Virus record (IMG/VR): IMGVR_UViG_3300013132_000023
Span: 73,178-137,177 of that record
Source: a virus
Direction: 5' to 3' (one strand)
DNA: 64,000 nt
Shown: positions 30,494-40,378 of the stretch, piece by piece
How the letters are laid out: the number at the start of each line of letters is the position of its first letter
Position numbering within the stretch: position 1 is the first letter of the stretch
The notes under the pieces: model-generated
Database searches by the model: none
Told to the model about the DNA's origin: nothing
The model's input: the letters and a program-made list of their open reading frames with translations, nothing else
Made by a program: the position numbers and the translations under genes

Positions 30494-31732
30494 CTAAGCT
30501 ACAGTACCGTCGTGGATATAGACTCCAATTCTATCTTGATCGTTGCGTGAAGCGTATTCAATCCACACCTGGAAGTCTTTTTCGCCTGCCATTTCGCGAA
30601 CGATTTGCATACTACTGTCGTCAAGCAGTGAACCATCTGCGATACGAATTACGCGTAACGTTGGGTTAGCTGCCATTGCAATACCAAGTGATACACGAAG
30701 TCTTTGTGCGGCAGATGCTTGACAGAACGGAACGAATTGATCGTTATCTGACAAAACTTGAATGCCCGTCTCGTTAACGCGTAATCCCTTAACTGGTAAC
30801 GGTGAACTTTCTAGTGCTTCTGCTTTTTCAATTTCAACTAGTTCCATCGTGTCGTTCAATTTTTGAATGTCAGCGTCAACGCCAACCAAAGCCGAGCGAA
30901 CCTTGTTCCATTCCTTTACTTCTCGTGCTCTACGATTGGAGTCTTCAATGTTTCTAAGTTGTCCCTGTAAGTATTCAATGTCTGGTATTTCCGGAACGCC
31001 TTCTAGTTCTTTCACAACAACCACATGTTCGTTGCGTGCTGTCGCTAAATCCTGTTCCATACTTAGGATCTTGTCACGTAAGGCTCTTTCTTTTTCATTC
31101 AAGCTTTGAATTTTTGCCTTGGTAGACACTGCACTTGAAATAGAGTTTGTAAGGTCAGCTACCAAAATTTCTTCGGTAGGATCCGAATCTGTTGGTGGAC
31201 GTATTGATGTCAACAACGTTGCAAGACGCTTCTTTTCGCGATTAGCGTCTGATCGTTTTTCAAATGCCTCTTTGTGTTTAATCTCAAAGGCAGCTAAGTC
31301 AACCTTGCCTCCCGTGATAGTGAATAGTACATCGGCGAGCATTTGTCTCTGGTCAGCATCGTTCTTTCGAGCGAATTCCCAAGGATCAAAGCTCAGATCA
31401 CCAATCATACCATCTAGAAGCTTTTGAGGCGAAGCGATTTTGCTTCCGTCTGGAGTTTTTACCTCAAGAGTTGTACCAGCTTGAGTGAACTTTCGCGTTA
31501 CGATGTAATCGCCAAGATCAACGGTAACGTTTCCCTTGTCTTCCCCTGCTCGTAGCGGACTAGGATTGTTCTTGCTTGCCGCACGATATTGTAGTGCGAG
31601 CCAAATAGAATCAAGAACGGAAGTCTTCCCTTCCCCGTTCATGCCGCTCAAGACGATTACAGAATCTTGAGGGGTGATATCTACTGCCTTGATTCGCTTG
31701 ATGTTTTCAGAGTGTAGTTGAATGATTTTCAT
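30494..31732 (-). CDS. SMC/Rad50-like ATPase
   Basis: Walker A GMNGEGKTS, coiled coil, ASAAQ signature, IRIADGSLLD. Confidence 0.85.
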   Translation of the reverse strand: MKIIQLHSENIKRIKAVDITPQDSVIVLSGMNGEGKTSVLDSIWLALQYRAASKNNPSPLRAGEDKGNVTVDLGDYIVTRKFTQAGTTLEVKTPDGSKIASPQKLLDGMIGDLSFDPWEFARKNDADQRQMLADVLFTITGGKVDLAAFEIKHKEAFEKRSDANREKKRLATLLTSIRPPTDSDPTEEILVADLTNSISSAVSTKAKIQSLNEKERALRDKILSMEQDLATARNEHVVVVKELEGVPEIPDIEYLQGQLRNIEDSNRRAREVKEWNKVRSALVGVDADIQKLNDTMELVEIEKAEALESSPLPVKGLRVNETGIQVLSDNDQFVPFCQASAAQRLRVSLGIAMAANPTLRVIRIADGSLLDDSSMQIVREMAGEKDFQVWIEYASRNDQDRIGVYIHDGTVA

Positions 31733-31733
31733 A

Positions 31734-32336
31734 TTACCTACGATAGTGAAAGGTGACTTCGTTACTTTCTACAGCTTTGCCGCCAGCGGCTAACATTTCT
31801 TTCCAGAGTAGGTGATCGTGATTGTCGCACGGCTGCCAGCCTTGTGTTTTGTTAAAAATACCACGGGTATGAGCCATTCCGACCGTCAAAATGTCGGTCG
31901 AGTTCACGGCTCCCATTTTCCGAACAAGCTTACTCGATCGCGGTGATCGATGCTTCATCATAAACGATTGTCCAGCAGTGCGTACCATATCGACACCGGG
32001 ATTGTCTTCAATAAGTCTAGCTAGCGTTGACAGATGATGCGGTAGCCACTCGTCGTCATCATCGATGTATGTAATCCAGGAGGCATTTCCCAAACGCAAT
32101 CCTTCATTTCGAGCCCATGCACCTGAATCTTCGTGTCTTTGAAATGGCGATCCAATAATCTGACCGTTTAATGGCGTGATGGCTGCATGAATATTATTTG
32201 GTCCAATGAGTTGTTTGATACCATCGCAGATAACCCATAATGTCCAATACGGATAGTCTTGTTTGTTAACAGAATCAATTGCTTCAAAAACAGACGCTAA
32301 TCCAATCGTGGGGAGAATTACATCAAACTGAATCAT
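31734..32336 (-). CDS. GT2 family glycosyltransferase
   Basis: VILPT, VICDG, ARNEGL, YIDDDD, HHL. Confidence 0.82.
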   Translation of the reverse strand: MIQFDVILPTIGLASVFEAIDSVNKQDYPYWTLWVICDGIKQLIGPNNIHAAITPLNGQIIGSPFQRHEDSGAWARNEGLRLGNASWITYIDDDDEWLPHHLSTLARLIEDNPGVDMVRTAGQSFMMKHRSPRSSKLVRKMGAVNSTDILTVGMAHTRGIFNKTQGWQPCDNHDHLLWKEMLAAGGKAVESNEVTFHYRR

Positions 32337-32821
32337 TTGAGTGGCCTCCACAAAAACTGCTTGACCGGAACGCGATAAGCTGGCTTATGACCAAAGCCTT
32401 GCCAGTTAACAATCTCACACTCGTCAGTTATTCTCTTTAAAGCCTCTGGCTTAAGCATAGTAAACTGTGGTATGAGTTCATCTGTACCGTTAACCATGAG
32501 GATAGTAACTTCACGTTTCAAGTATTGCTTGACTTGACTAGTCTTTAGATGAAAGTATCTAGTTAGTTTTGGCTTACTGAACTTTACTTCTACGTGACCA
32601 AATCCTTCGACTTCAAAGTCCGGTGCAGTTGATACGTCACTGTCCTCTAAAAATTCTCCATTCTTACCGCAGCCAGTGTCCTTGAACTTAGGACGAACTT
32701 TGGTATCGCGTTCAATTAAATCGAGCCACAAAAGGAAGAGCGAACGCTCTTCCATTGTGCGACTATGAATGTCTTTCTTGAACTCTTCTTCGGAGCGACC
32801 GTCGAATCTGTAGTTGTTCAT
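32333..32821 (-). CDS. PD-(D/E)XK nuclease-like protein (paralog A)
   Basis: PDF.V.G.G.VEVK; paralog of 56837-57316. Confidence 0.6.
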   Translation of the reverse strand: MNNYRFDGRSEEEFKKDIHSRTMEERSLFLLWLDLIERDTKVRPKFKDTGCGKNGEFLEDSDVSTAPDFEVEGFGHVEVKFSKPKLTRYFHLKTSQVKQYLKREVTILMVNGTDELIPQFTMLKPEALKRITDECEIVNWQGFGHKPAYRVPVKQFLWRPLK

Positions 32822-32856
32822 GGCGATACTGCTTTCAAAGGGATAGCCCCTCATCT

Positions 32857-33054
32857 TTACGCAGTAACGCGTTCGCCACGAATAGCTAGTTCTACAGCCT
32901 TTTCACGAGAGTATGCACGTTTTCGTGCTGGATGAATCCACTTCCATTGGAAAGAGCCATTGTCTTTGAGAGCGGGTACTGCCTTCCAGCGGTTACGTCT
33001 CAAAATACGACGTTCTTCTTCGCGGTTTCTTTTGTTGAGATCTTCGTATGTCAT
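32857..33054 (-). CDS. Hypothetical protein
   Basis: 65-aa ORF in tight operon. Confidence 0.55.
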   Translation of the reverse strand: MTYEDLNKRNREEERRILRRNRWKAVPALKDNGSFQWKWIHPARKRAYSREKAVELAIRGERVTA

Positions 33055-33055
33055 A

Positions 33056-33655
33056 CTATTCCTTTAATCTTTCAATTACGTCGGGTTGCGTTAGAACCTT
33101 GCGGAACTTATGCATCAATTTGAATGCACAGATACTATCAAACAGAGCAGCGTGGAACTTGTTCTTTCCGAACTCGCTCATGTCAATGTTCAATAGCTTT
33201 ACTGCTTGAGTAAGCGTAGCCCCAGAGGCAACCTTATCGTTACCTGCAAATAGACGCATCATTGGCAACGTGTCTAGCTTGCGATATGTAAAGTTGGCTT
33301 CAAAGTTTGACGGTTCGATGCCATAGATTTGGTGTGCCATCATGCGTACGTCGAACTCTACATTGTGTCCACCAATGACGGCGGCACCATGATTTTGCCA
33401 CAGATCCATGAACTTTTCTCTGATGGCTTCTGTAGTTAAGCCATCAGAGAAGGCTTGCTGCGGTGTGATACCATGAATCTCTACAGCTTTTGAAGTAAAC
33501 GAATAATCGTCTACTGACGGCAAGCGATGTAGTGCTTCAAACATATCGACGATCTTGCCTGTATCAATATCGCCAACAAGAGCACCAACCGAAAATACGG
33601 TATGCTTCTTTGGATCGAGACCGCCTGTCTCGGTGTCAAATACTAGTACTCTCAT
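33056..33655 (-). CDS. DEDDh 3'-5' exonuclease (DnaQ-like)
   Basis: FDTETGG, HNVEFD, LDT, HAALFD. Confidence 0.9.
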   Translation of the reverse strand: MRVLVFDTETGGLDPKKHTVFSVGALVGDIDTGKIVDMFEALHRLPSVDDYSFTSKAVEIHGITPQQAFSDGLTTEAIREKFMDLWQNHGAAVIGGHNVEFDVRMMAHQIYGIEPSNFEANFTYRKLDTLPMMRLFAGNDKVASGATLTQAVKLLNIDMSEFGKNKFHAALFDSICAFKLMHKFRKVLTQPDVIERLKE

Positions 33656-34140
33656 TAGACTTTGTTCATTTCACACATGATGTCGGCGACAACTTCGTTG
33701 ATCATCGTAGCCGTCTTTTCAAAGATAGTCGCGGCGAACATACGATATCTAACCTGAACACCGTTAGACACTTCAATGTCCGAGAAGGTAAGGTCGCCTT
33801 CTTGAGCGTCTGGCTTAAAAACAGGACGCAATCGTGCGATAAATCTCCGTGCTTCAGGGCCGTTTTCGAATACAAACGTCATAGGCACTTGTTCATCATC
33901 GCGGGCGACTACGCGGACGAAGGCAAGTTCGTGTGCGGCTGCGGCCCTTTCGATGCGACCAGTGAGAATCTGACGAGCCGTAGTACGCGAGAAGCTGTCA
34001 CGACGTTCTGGCCACATGACGCCATTAAGACTCGTACCATCGTTCACGAGTGCAATAGCGACAAACAGACGCGAACCTCGGTTCGTTGCTGCAACACTAA
34101 CCCCTGCGGCTGGACGGTGAGAAAAGATGATTTCGCTCAT
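33655..34140 (-). CDS. Hypothetical protein
   Basis: 161-aa ORF, stop coupled to next start. Confidence 0.65.
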   Translation of the reverse strand: MSEIIFSHRPAAGVSVAATNRGSRLFVAIALVNDGTSLNGVMWPERRDSFSRTTARQILTGRIERAAAAHELAFVRVVARDDEQVPMTFVFENGPEARRFIARLRPVFKPDAQEGDLTFSDIEVSNGVQVRYRMFAATIFEKTATMINEVVADIMCEMNKV

Positions 34141-34147
34141 AGGTTTT

Positions 34148-34312
34148 TTAGGCTGGCTTTTGTACAGCAGGCTGTACGTTGCTAATGTTTAGAAGTTGCA
34201 TGTAAATCCGCAATACCTGCCCAGCGGGCAAGGAAGCGGTGCTTGTCATGAGGGCGGCCATAAGCATACGAGCTTCGTCGCCCGTCAAATTGAAGTTGTT
34301 TTCAGTTGCCAT
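34148..34312 (-). CDS. Small hypothetical protein (54 aa, not in ORF track)
   Basis: MATENNFNLTGDEARMLMAALM...QKPA fills the gap. Confidence 0.55.
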   Translation of the reverse strand: MATENNFNLTGDEARMLMAALMTSTASLPAGQVLRIYMQLLNISNVQPAVQKPA

Positions 34313-35069
34313 TGATTAGATTGAGTTGCTTGAGAGTATGTCTTAAAAACGTTTCGAGGTCTTCTAGACTCCCGTCATTGTGATACGAAAAACGTGGATC
34401 AAATGACGCATCATCTAGGGCAGTTTCACTTGGATGCATATCCTTAAAGCCAGTTTGACGCTCTAATCTAATTATGACCCCATTGTGGTATTCTGTCACG
34501 TCCTTTTCGTTGGGAAAGCGACAATCTGTCAAGATTACTACGTCAAAGTCGCTCCAGCATTCACGATTGAATATCGCACGAGCCCAAACATCGTTGTCAA
34601 TTGCACGAAAAATGTCCGTACCCATGACTTGTAGTACCTCTCGAACAGTCATTGGGCCGTTACGCGGTACCTTTTCTACCACACAGGTTAGCAATTCCCA
34701 CTCGCCTTGTGGCTCGGTAAACTCATTCGAGTATTTCAAGCGAACATGCATAGGGAATCCATCCCACATTACATGAGACAACGTTTCTTTGTCTTCGTTG
34801 GTGCCGTATACAAGTTCTCGATTGAGACCTAGAATGTCTATGCACATAGACTTTAGTGGCTCAGCAAAAGCTGTAACAGCTACACGTTTGCCATTTGATT
34901 CTAAGATGCTACGTAGGATCTTTGTGGCTGTATCTTTACCTACTTGTTTCTTGCCAGACAAGGCAATAAAAACAGTACCGGGGGGTGCTTTTGATCCTTC
35001 CATGCTTAGTCTAGCATACTCCAACTTGGAAACTCCGTCAAGCAACCTGTCTTTGAAATATTCGTTCAT
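34302..35069 (-). CDS. Deoxynucleoside monophosphate kinase
   Basis: LSGKKQVGKDT, FAEPLK, REVLQ.MGTD, TDCRFPNE, H.SE. Confidence 0.9.
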   Translation of the reverse strand: MNEYFKDRLLDGVSKLEYARLSMEGSKAPPGTVFIALSGKKQVGKDTATKILRSILESNGKRVAVTAFAEPLKSMCIDILGLNRELVYGTNEDKETLSHVMWDGFPMHVRLKYSNEFTEPQGEWELLTCVVEKVPRNGPMTVREVLQVMGTDIFRAIDNDVWARAIFNRECWSDFDVVILTDCRFPNEKDVTEYHNGVIIRLERQTGFKDMHPSETALDDASFDPRFSYHNDGSLEDLETFLRHTLKQLNLINGN

Positions 35070-35227
35070 GCCTGCTTCCTCAAAAATCCCAGAAGTATCC
35101 GGATATTCCTATTAATAACCACCCAATATAGCTCTTACGATCTCGATCCCCTCAGAAATGTGGGGAGTGCGAAACGCACAAGATTCGCGTACAAACGCAT
35201 GTTCATGGCAATTACCTTCATCTTCCA

Positions 35228-35524
35228 TTACCAACACAATTTTTTTCTCTTTAACCATTGACAGTATTCTTGGCTATACGGAAATGCCGGATAACCAGTT
35301 TCGCGTTCGTACTGACGTTGCAAAAAACGAGCCATCATAGACGCCCATTCTTCTGTTCCTACATTTGGGTCTCTAGCTGCATTTACGATTCTGGCTTCAA
35401 GTTCTTCGTCAGAATCTCCTGGATTTGGAAGCAAACGTACGGCGGTACAACGCTTGCACCGTAAGCGTAATTCAGATCCAACTATGATTGTCACGAATTC
35501 GTGTTCGTGTTCTTGTACTACCAT
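35228..35524 (-). CDS. Hypothetical protein
   Basis: HEH...CKRC, 98 aa. Confidence 0.55.
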   Translation of the reverse strand: MVVQEHEHEFVTIIVGSELRLRCKRCTAVRLLPNPGDSDEELEARIVNAARDPNVGTEEWASMMARFLQRQYERETGYPAFPYSQEYCQWLKRKKLCW

Positions 35525-35525
35525 G

Positions 35526-36626
35526 TTATTCCTCTACTAGAACCTTTCCGTGTTCCTCTTTAACTTGTTCTAAAACAGATTTCCAAAGCTTGTCTTCAAT
35601 GTCCTTGCCGTCTAAGAGAGCAAAGACATATCCAATTTCGGAATTCAAAGCATTAGCCTGTAGCCACAGAGCATAGTCCTTTCGAGGACGGTTCTCGCCT
35701 ACCTCGGTAATCATACGACTCAAGCAGTCGCTTGCTCGCGTATACAGACCGTCTCGTAACCCTTGGACGTATGCACGAATGTCGTCGAAGTCACAAGCAA
35801 TAGCCGCAGGCAACTGCTTAACCGTTACTCCGTACTCTCGACCACGAATCAGGTCAATGACTCCCTTGGGAGACAGATAGTTCAATAGACGATGGATACG
35901 TAGATACGTAGGGCTCTTGATCTTCACGCGAAGCCCATTTTCAAAGCGAGCAACATATCCTTCGGAGTTTTCTTCAAAAGGAATTTCGCTACGCAGGTCA
36001 ATATTGTATCGCTTAGGGCGACGGAAGCCGCACATAGATGCGATTTGGTCTACGCGACGAGGATGCCACTCAACCCCATTGTGCTCGAACATTGCAAGCA
36101 AAACGAGTTCGCGTACACCGTTATAATCTACGACGATGCGATTTTCGGGATAGATAATCTCAAACACGGGCGTACAGTCTACAGGTAAATGGTTTAACCA
36201 ATATCTAGGACGCATGGTTTCTTCGTTACCAAACCATTCGTTCATAATCTTGGTACCATTAAGAGCTTGTTCCGATTCCATGCTACCCGGCGTGGCTAGT
36301 TTCCACTGGTTGTCACGCACGTAGCCAATGCCGCAGCTTCCGTCTGCCTTTTCATAGACTTCGACGGATTCCTTCCACGGTAGGTTAGCGATAGTAGTTT
36401 CAGGGCATTCTCCCAAGTTGAAAAACTTAGGAAACGGACGAGCTACGACAGTGCCGTCTGTTCGAAAGATGATACCACGAGCCTGACGATTAACTTCGTT
36501 CCACAGACCACTAATGTGAGTATCTTGGGTGTACTTGAAGATAGTCAGGTCGCCACTTGACGAAGCCGATACTCGACCAGCTTCGACTTCTTTCCAAAGC
36601 TTGTTAAGTAGAATAGGGTCTTTCAT
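35526..36626 (-). CDS. T4 Rnl1-like RNA ligase
   Basis: ARGIIF, PFPKFFN, EKADGS, FEII, EGYV, RVKIK. Confidence 0.92.
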   Translation of the reverse strand: MKDPILLNKLWKEVEAGRVSASSSGDLTIFKYTQDTHISGLWNEVNRQARGIIFRTDGTVVARPFPKFFNLGECPETTIANLPWKESVEVYEKADGSCGIGYVRDNQWKLATPGSMESEQALNGTKIMNEWFGNEETMRPRYWLNHLPVDCTPVFEIIYPENRIVVDYNGVRELVLLAMFEHNGVEWHPRRVDQIASMCGFRRPKRYNIDLRSEIPFEENSEGYVARFENGLRVKIKSPTYLRIHRLLNYLSPKGVIDLIRGREYGVTVKQLPAAIACDFDDIRAYVQGLRDGLYTRASDCLSRMITEVGENRPRKDYALWLQANALNSEIGYVFALLDGKDIEDKLWKSVLEQVKEEHGKVLVEE

Positions 36627-36880
36627 GATAACTCTTCAATTTGCCAGTCGCTCTCTGCGTGTGGAATAAGTACGTCGCGTCCAGGTACTAAATGCGAATA
36701 GATACTACTTCCTAACCACTTTAGAGACGGTTTTTGTGCGTATATCTTCCCTTTTTTAGAAAGGTTAGACTTTGTGTATACACAGTCCTCAACGCGTACG
36801 TGACGCGAAGGACAATAGTACAATCCTGTTGGAATGTGTTTAATACGATACGTTTTCAAGTTTGTTGATCTTCGCCACAA
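36623..36880 (-). CDS. Hypothetical protein
   Basis: YRIKHIPTGLYY phage-type small ORF; start uncertain. Confidence 0.5.
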   Translation of the reverse strand: MWRRSTNLKTYRIKHIPTGLYYCPSRHVRVEDCVYTKSNLSKKGKIYAQKPSLKWLGSSIYSHLVPGRDVLIPHAESDWQIEELS

Positions 36881-37098
36881 TCATCACAGATGGTGTCGTC
36901 AGCGGCTACGTGCCCACCACACTTATTACAAACATAACACAGTGGCAACCTCATGAGTGCAAAATCAGTATCTTCACAAATGTAGCAGCCTTTTTTGTAA
37001 ACGATAACCTTGCTTCGCCAGTCAAATTTATTGGGAGTCGTTTGAGCCTCTTGTTTGCCTTTTTCAAGCATCCAATATGCCGGATCATTATACTTCAT
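36856..37098 (-). CDS. Small Cys-rich protein
   Basis: CYIC, C..C..CGGH, CDDC. Confidence 0.55.
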   Translation of the reverse strand: MKYNDPAYWMLEKGKQEAQTTPNKFDWRSKVIVYKKGCYICEDTDFALMRLPLCYVCNKCGGHVAADDTICDDCGEDQQT

Positions 37099-37337
37099 GG
37101 CCACAGACAAATGACTTTTGTAAATGTTTCGCGTTCACCGGCTTCTAGACAACATTCATCGTCTGTGTGTGAATTGCTATAATAGCTGTCTATATGATAT
37201 TCACGTAAATTTTTCACCGTACCAGCGTCTACGTTAGATACTTTGCAATAACCATTACCTTCTGAATCTTGACTCATGATGATTTCCGTTTCCGGATCAA
37301 GCCTAGACAGAATTTTCTGTAGTTCTTTTACTTTCAT
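37095..37337 (-). CDS. Hypothetical phage protein
   Basis: MKVKEL...L, D.EGN, LWP end. Confidence 0.6.
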   Translation of the reverse strand: MKVKELQKILSRLDPETEIIMSQDSEGNGYCKVSNVDAGTVKNLREYHIDSYYSNSHTDDECCLEAGERETFTKVICLWP

Positions 37338-37339
37338 AT

Positions 37340-37570
37340 TTAAGTTCCAAATCCAATAAAAGCTCTGCCATCGTGGCAGAGTTCGTCAATGGATCCCATA
37401 GTGTCCGTGTAGTATACTCGCACTCCGTGCGAAATCAAGTTCTTTTTTAGCAAATCTTGAATGACCTCTTCTGCTGCGTTCGTGATAGACATACCACCAA
37501 TCGCAGGACTGAGATCTTCAATCCAAATTGCGTTTTTTTCTTGACGTACTACGTCGTAAGCAAATCTCAT
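37340..37570 (-). CDS. Hypothetical phage protein
   Basis: SITNAAEEVI, YYTDT.G. Confidence 0.6.
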   Translation of the reverse strand: MRFAYDVVRQEKNAIWIEDLSPAIGGMSITNAAEEVIQDLLKKNLISHGVRVYYTDTMGSIDELCHDGRAFIGFGT

Positions 37571-37739
37571 TTAGTTCCTCACGCCACTTGTTAGCTATTT
37601 TGTTCGCTTCTTTAAGCGAATTACAGGTTGCTCTATACAATACCCAATTGTTATCCAGTATATGTACGACCCTTACTTCGCAATCATAAACTTCTATTCT
37701 TAGTACGCTAGCAAGATTTTTTATCATCCTATTTTTCAT
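37518..37739 (-). CDS. Hypothetical protein
   Basis: Coupled to cca stop. Confidence 0.45.
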   Translation of the reverse strand: MKNRMIKNLASVLRIEVYDCEVRVVHILDNNWVLYRATCNSLKEANKIANKWREELNEICLRRSTSRKKRNLD

Positions 37740-38983
37740 TGACTCCCCTTAAGGGCATGAACGCGAGCTTGCTCCATTTTCTGAGCGATCTTTTCACCGT
37801 TCTTTAAATGAGCAAACTGGTGTCCTTTGACTTGTCTAATGACTGCGGCGGCTTCAAGCAAACGATCCCCTTGTGGGTACGGATTGTTTGCGTGCAGCGG
37901 ACCCCGGCCTCGTGCGTCAGCCTTTGCGGCCATGACTACGCGACGAGCTACCAAATCACCCTGTAAGGTTCCAAGTCGCCCTAGCAAGCGAACTTTTGTC
38001 GTTGCCTTTAGCTCTTCGAACTTGTGGATATTCAGATGTTCTCGCGACGCAAGGACGCCAATCTTACGATGCAGACTAGGAGTCCGCAAGCGATCACACA
38101 TAGCATTAACCAAAGGTACTCCAAGAGCTTCATGATTGTAGTGGTGTGGGAGATTATGGTCGTCCGTAACTGCCTTTCCAAGGTCATGCACGAGAGCAGC
38201 AAACATCGTTTCGTCGTCTGCACCCATGTCGCGAGCACGATCAATGACTTGCAACGTATGCACGTAAGCGTCACCTTCCGGATGATGCTTTTCTGGTTGA
38301 ATGCGACCCTTTAGGGCGGCGATTTCTGGGAACGTAATTTCTAAAGCACCCAGCCTATCGAGTGCTTCAAAGAAACAAGACGGTCGTTGCGTACGAAGGG
38401 CCTTTTCAAGCTCGCCCCATACGCGTTCGCCCGGTTCATTAGCTAATTCAGCCAATGCTGGCCGAGCAGCTTCAATCAATTCATCACTGATTGACATGTC
38501 TAATTGAGCAGCGAAACGAGCGGCACGCAAGATACGCACCGGATCTTCTCCGAAGTGGTTGCCAACTGGACGCAGCACCTTGTTTTGAAGATCTCTAATT
38601 CCGCCGTAAAGGTCAATGATTTCTTCGGTGAATGGATCTAAAGCCATTGCGTTAATCGTGAGGTCACGACGACGCAAATCTTCATCAAGTCCTACGTTAT
38701 TCGTATCGCATTCGAAAGCATGGTAGCCCCCGCCAATCTTGCGTTCTTTTCTAGCAAGAGCGACTTCAATCCCGTTCACCAAGAATACAGGGAACTTTGC
38801 ACCAACGACGCTATCGAAACCAGCCGCATGGAACTGGTTTTCCGATACGCCAATTACTACGATATCCACGTCCTTAGGATTACGCCCTAGGAGTAGGTCT
38901 CGTACGTAACCCCCGACAATATAGGGGCAACCCCCCATCGCTTTGATGCGATGGCAGAGTTCTAGATGCTTACGATGCTTCAT
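37736..38983 (-). CDS. cca: Multifunctional CCA-adding enzyme (with HD domain)
   Basis: VGGYVRD, DVD, DLRRRDLTINAMA, EDPVRILRAARF, HHPEGD..HT, LVHDLGK. Confidence 0.92.
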   Translation of the reverse strand: MKHRKHLELCHRIKAMGGCPYIVGGYVRDLLLGRNPKDVDIVVIGVSENQFHAAGFDSVVGAKFPVFLVNGIEVALARKERKIGGGYHAFECDTNNVGLDEDLRRRDLTINAMALDPFTEEIIDLYGGIRDLQNKVLRPVGNHFGEDPVRILRAARFAAQLDMSISDELIEAARPALAELANEPGERVWGELEKALRTQRPSCFFEALDRLGALEITFPEIAALKGRIQPEKHHPEGDAYVHTLQVIDRARDMGADDETMFAALVHDLGKAVTDDHNLPHHYNHEALGVPLVNAMCDRLRTPSLHRKIGVLASREHLNIHKFEELKATTKVRLLGRLGTLQGDLVARRVVMAAKADARGRGPLHANNPYPQGDRLLEAAAVIRQVKGHQFAHLKNGEKIAQKMEQARVHALKGSQ

Positions 38984-38997
38984 ACCGACAGTATACC

Positions 38998-39330
38998 CTA
39001 TCGCAGGTCTTTTGTGTGCTTAAAACGGCTGCATTTTGTAACAAAAGCTACCAGGATCGGCACGTTTGAGGCAAAATCTTCCGGTTGCCAGAAACACATA
39101 GCCTTAACATGTTCTTGTTCTAGAATATGTTCTACAATTCCCGGCTGTTGACCTTGGTCTTCATGTTCGTCGTCTACGTGACTAGCAAATGGATCATCTG
39201 TACCTTGTAAATCCAAAATGTTTGGCATTACGGGGTGGACAATCTTTTCACTGGCCTTTTCTTGCACGCAAATACCGTATTGGCACTTCCAACACAGACT
39301 TTCTTCTGCCTTCGGCATTTCGCTATTCAT
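38998..39330 (-). CDS. Hypothetical protein
   Basis: CWKC...C...C. Confidence 0.55.
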   Translation of the reverse strand: MNSEMPKAEESLCWKCQYGICVQEKASEKIVHPVMPNILDLQGTDDPFASHVDDEHEDQGQQPGIVEHILEQEHVKAMCFWQPEDFASNVPILVAFVTKCSRFKHTKDLR

Positions 39331-39778
39331 TTGGGAAGATACTCGTGTTCGTCCACTCGTGTTCGTCCAAGTGTGGTTGGTAGTCGCTAATGTGACGTTC
39401 GATAACACTCAAGGGGACGTTATGCTTGTTGCGACCAAGCAAGACATTAGCGTTCCAAGGACGTGGAGTGCAAATCATTTCGGTCTTGTAACCCAATTCA
39501 CCAGCAAGCTTAAAATAGGGCTCCATTTCCCAATGCTTGATGAAAGTATTTGACACAATCACAAGCGGTACGCCATTTTCCATTTGCGTACGAACTTGCT
39601 CCTGATTCCAGGCGTGTGCCCTAGGGAGTTTCTTGGGATCAAACGAGTAGCCGTCTTGAGTCATGAAATACTGATCCGTTTCATGAACACTAGAACGAAC
39701 ACCGTCTCTTTGTCCCAGGTGACGTGCAATCGTACTCTTACCGGAACCGCTTGGGCCTCTCAAAAGAATCAGTTTCAT
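39323..39778 (-). CDS. AAA_33 / N4BP2-like polynucleotide kinase
   Basis: LRGPSGSGKST, ETDQYF, AHAWNQ, VSNTF, RNKHNVP. Confidence 0.85.
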   Translation of the reverse strand: MKLILLRGPSGSGKSTIARHLGQRDGVRSSVHETDQYFMTQDGYSFDPKKLPRAHAWNQEQVRTQMENGVPLVIVSNTFIKHWEMEPYFKLAGELGYKTEMICTPRPWNANVLLGRNKHNVPLSVIERHISDYQPHLDEHEWTNTSIFPNE

Positions 39779-39817
39779 CTGTTGCTAGTATAGCACGATC
39801 CACAAGCCGGTCAAGCA

Positions 39818-39922
39818 AAAACTCGTCTCTCCGAGAAGTCACGCCTAAATCTTATTTGGGAGTACGGCTACTCCTGATAGGCTCGTTAGCCTTCTACACC
39901 CTGGCGTTCGGATAGAACTCGC
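39818..39922 (-). ncRNA. Candidate structured RNA downstream of ssb
   Basis: CGCC/GGCG closing helix, hairpins GGC-taacga-GCC and GGAGTA-gccg-TACTCC, 3' CTCG-gagaga-CGAG then U-tract. Confidence 0.4.
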
Positions 39923-39924
39923 GA

Positions 39925-40350
39925 CTAGAAAAGCTTTCCGTCGTCTGAATCAGCGGTTCTAGGCTTGCTGCCCTTACTGCCAGCCTTCGTCATTTTTTCT
40001 TCTTGACCAGATTCTTCGGCACGTCCGTTGCCGCCACTAACGAACGAGAAGCCATCGAAAGTATTAAGGCGAACTTCCAGCTTCGAACGCTTTTCGCCAG
40101 TCTTCTTGTCTTCCCAGCGGTTCTGGGTCAATTGACCATTGACGATGATTTGCTTACCTTTCTTGAAATGTGCAGCGATGGTAGTAACTTGCTTACCAAA
40201 CGCAACACAGTCTACAAAGGTCGTTGTTTCTTTGTCGCCAAACCCGTTGTTAATCGCAATGGTAAAACGAGCGACGTTATTTTCTTCTCCCATAATCTTG
40301 GGATCGTCAACGAGATTGCCCTGTAAGGCTACAACATTCAAATTACTCAT
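39925..40350 (-). CDS. ssb: Single-stranded DNA-binding protein
   Basis: N.V.L.GNL..DP, FTIAIN, FVDCVAFGK, KG.QI.V.GQL...RW, acidic C-tail ending LF. Confidence 0.92.
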   Translation of the reverse strand: MSNLNVVALQGNLVDDPKIMGEENNVARFTIAINNGFGDKETTTFVDCVAFGKQVTTIAAHFKKGKQIIVNGQLTQNRWEDKKTGEKRSKLEVRLNTFDGFSFVSGGNGRAEESGQEEKMTKAGSKGSKPRTADSDDGKLF

Positions 40351-40378
40351 AGTATTTCCTTTTGTTTCGTTACTTGGT

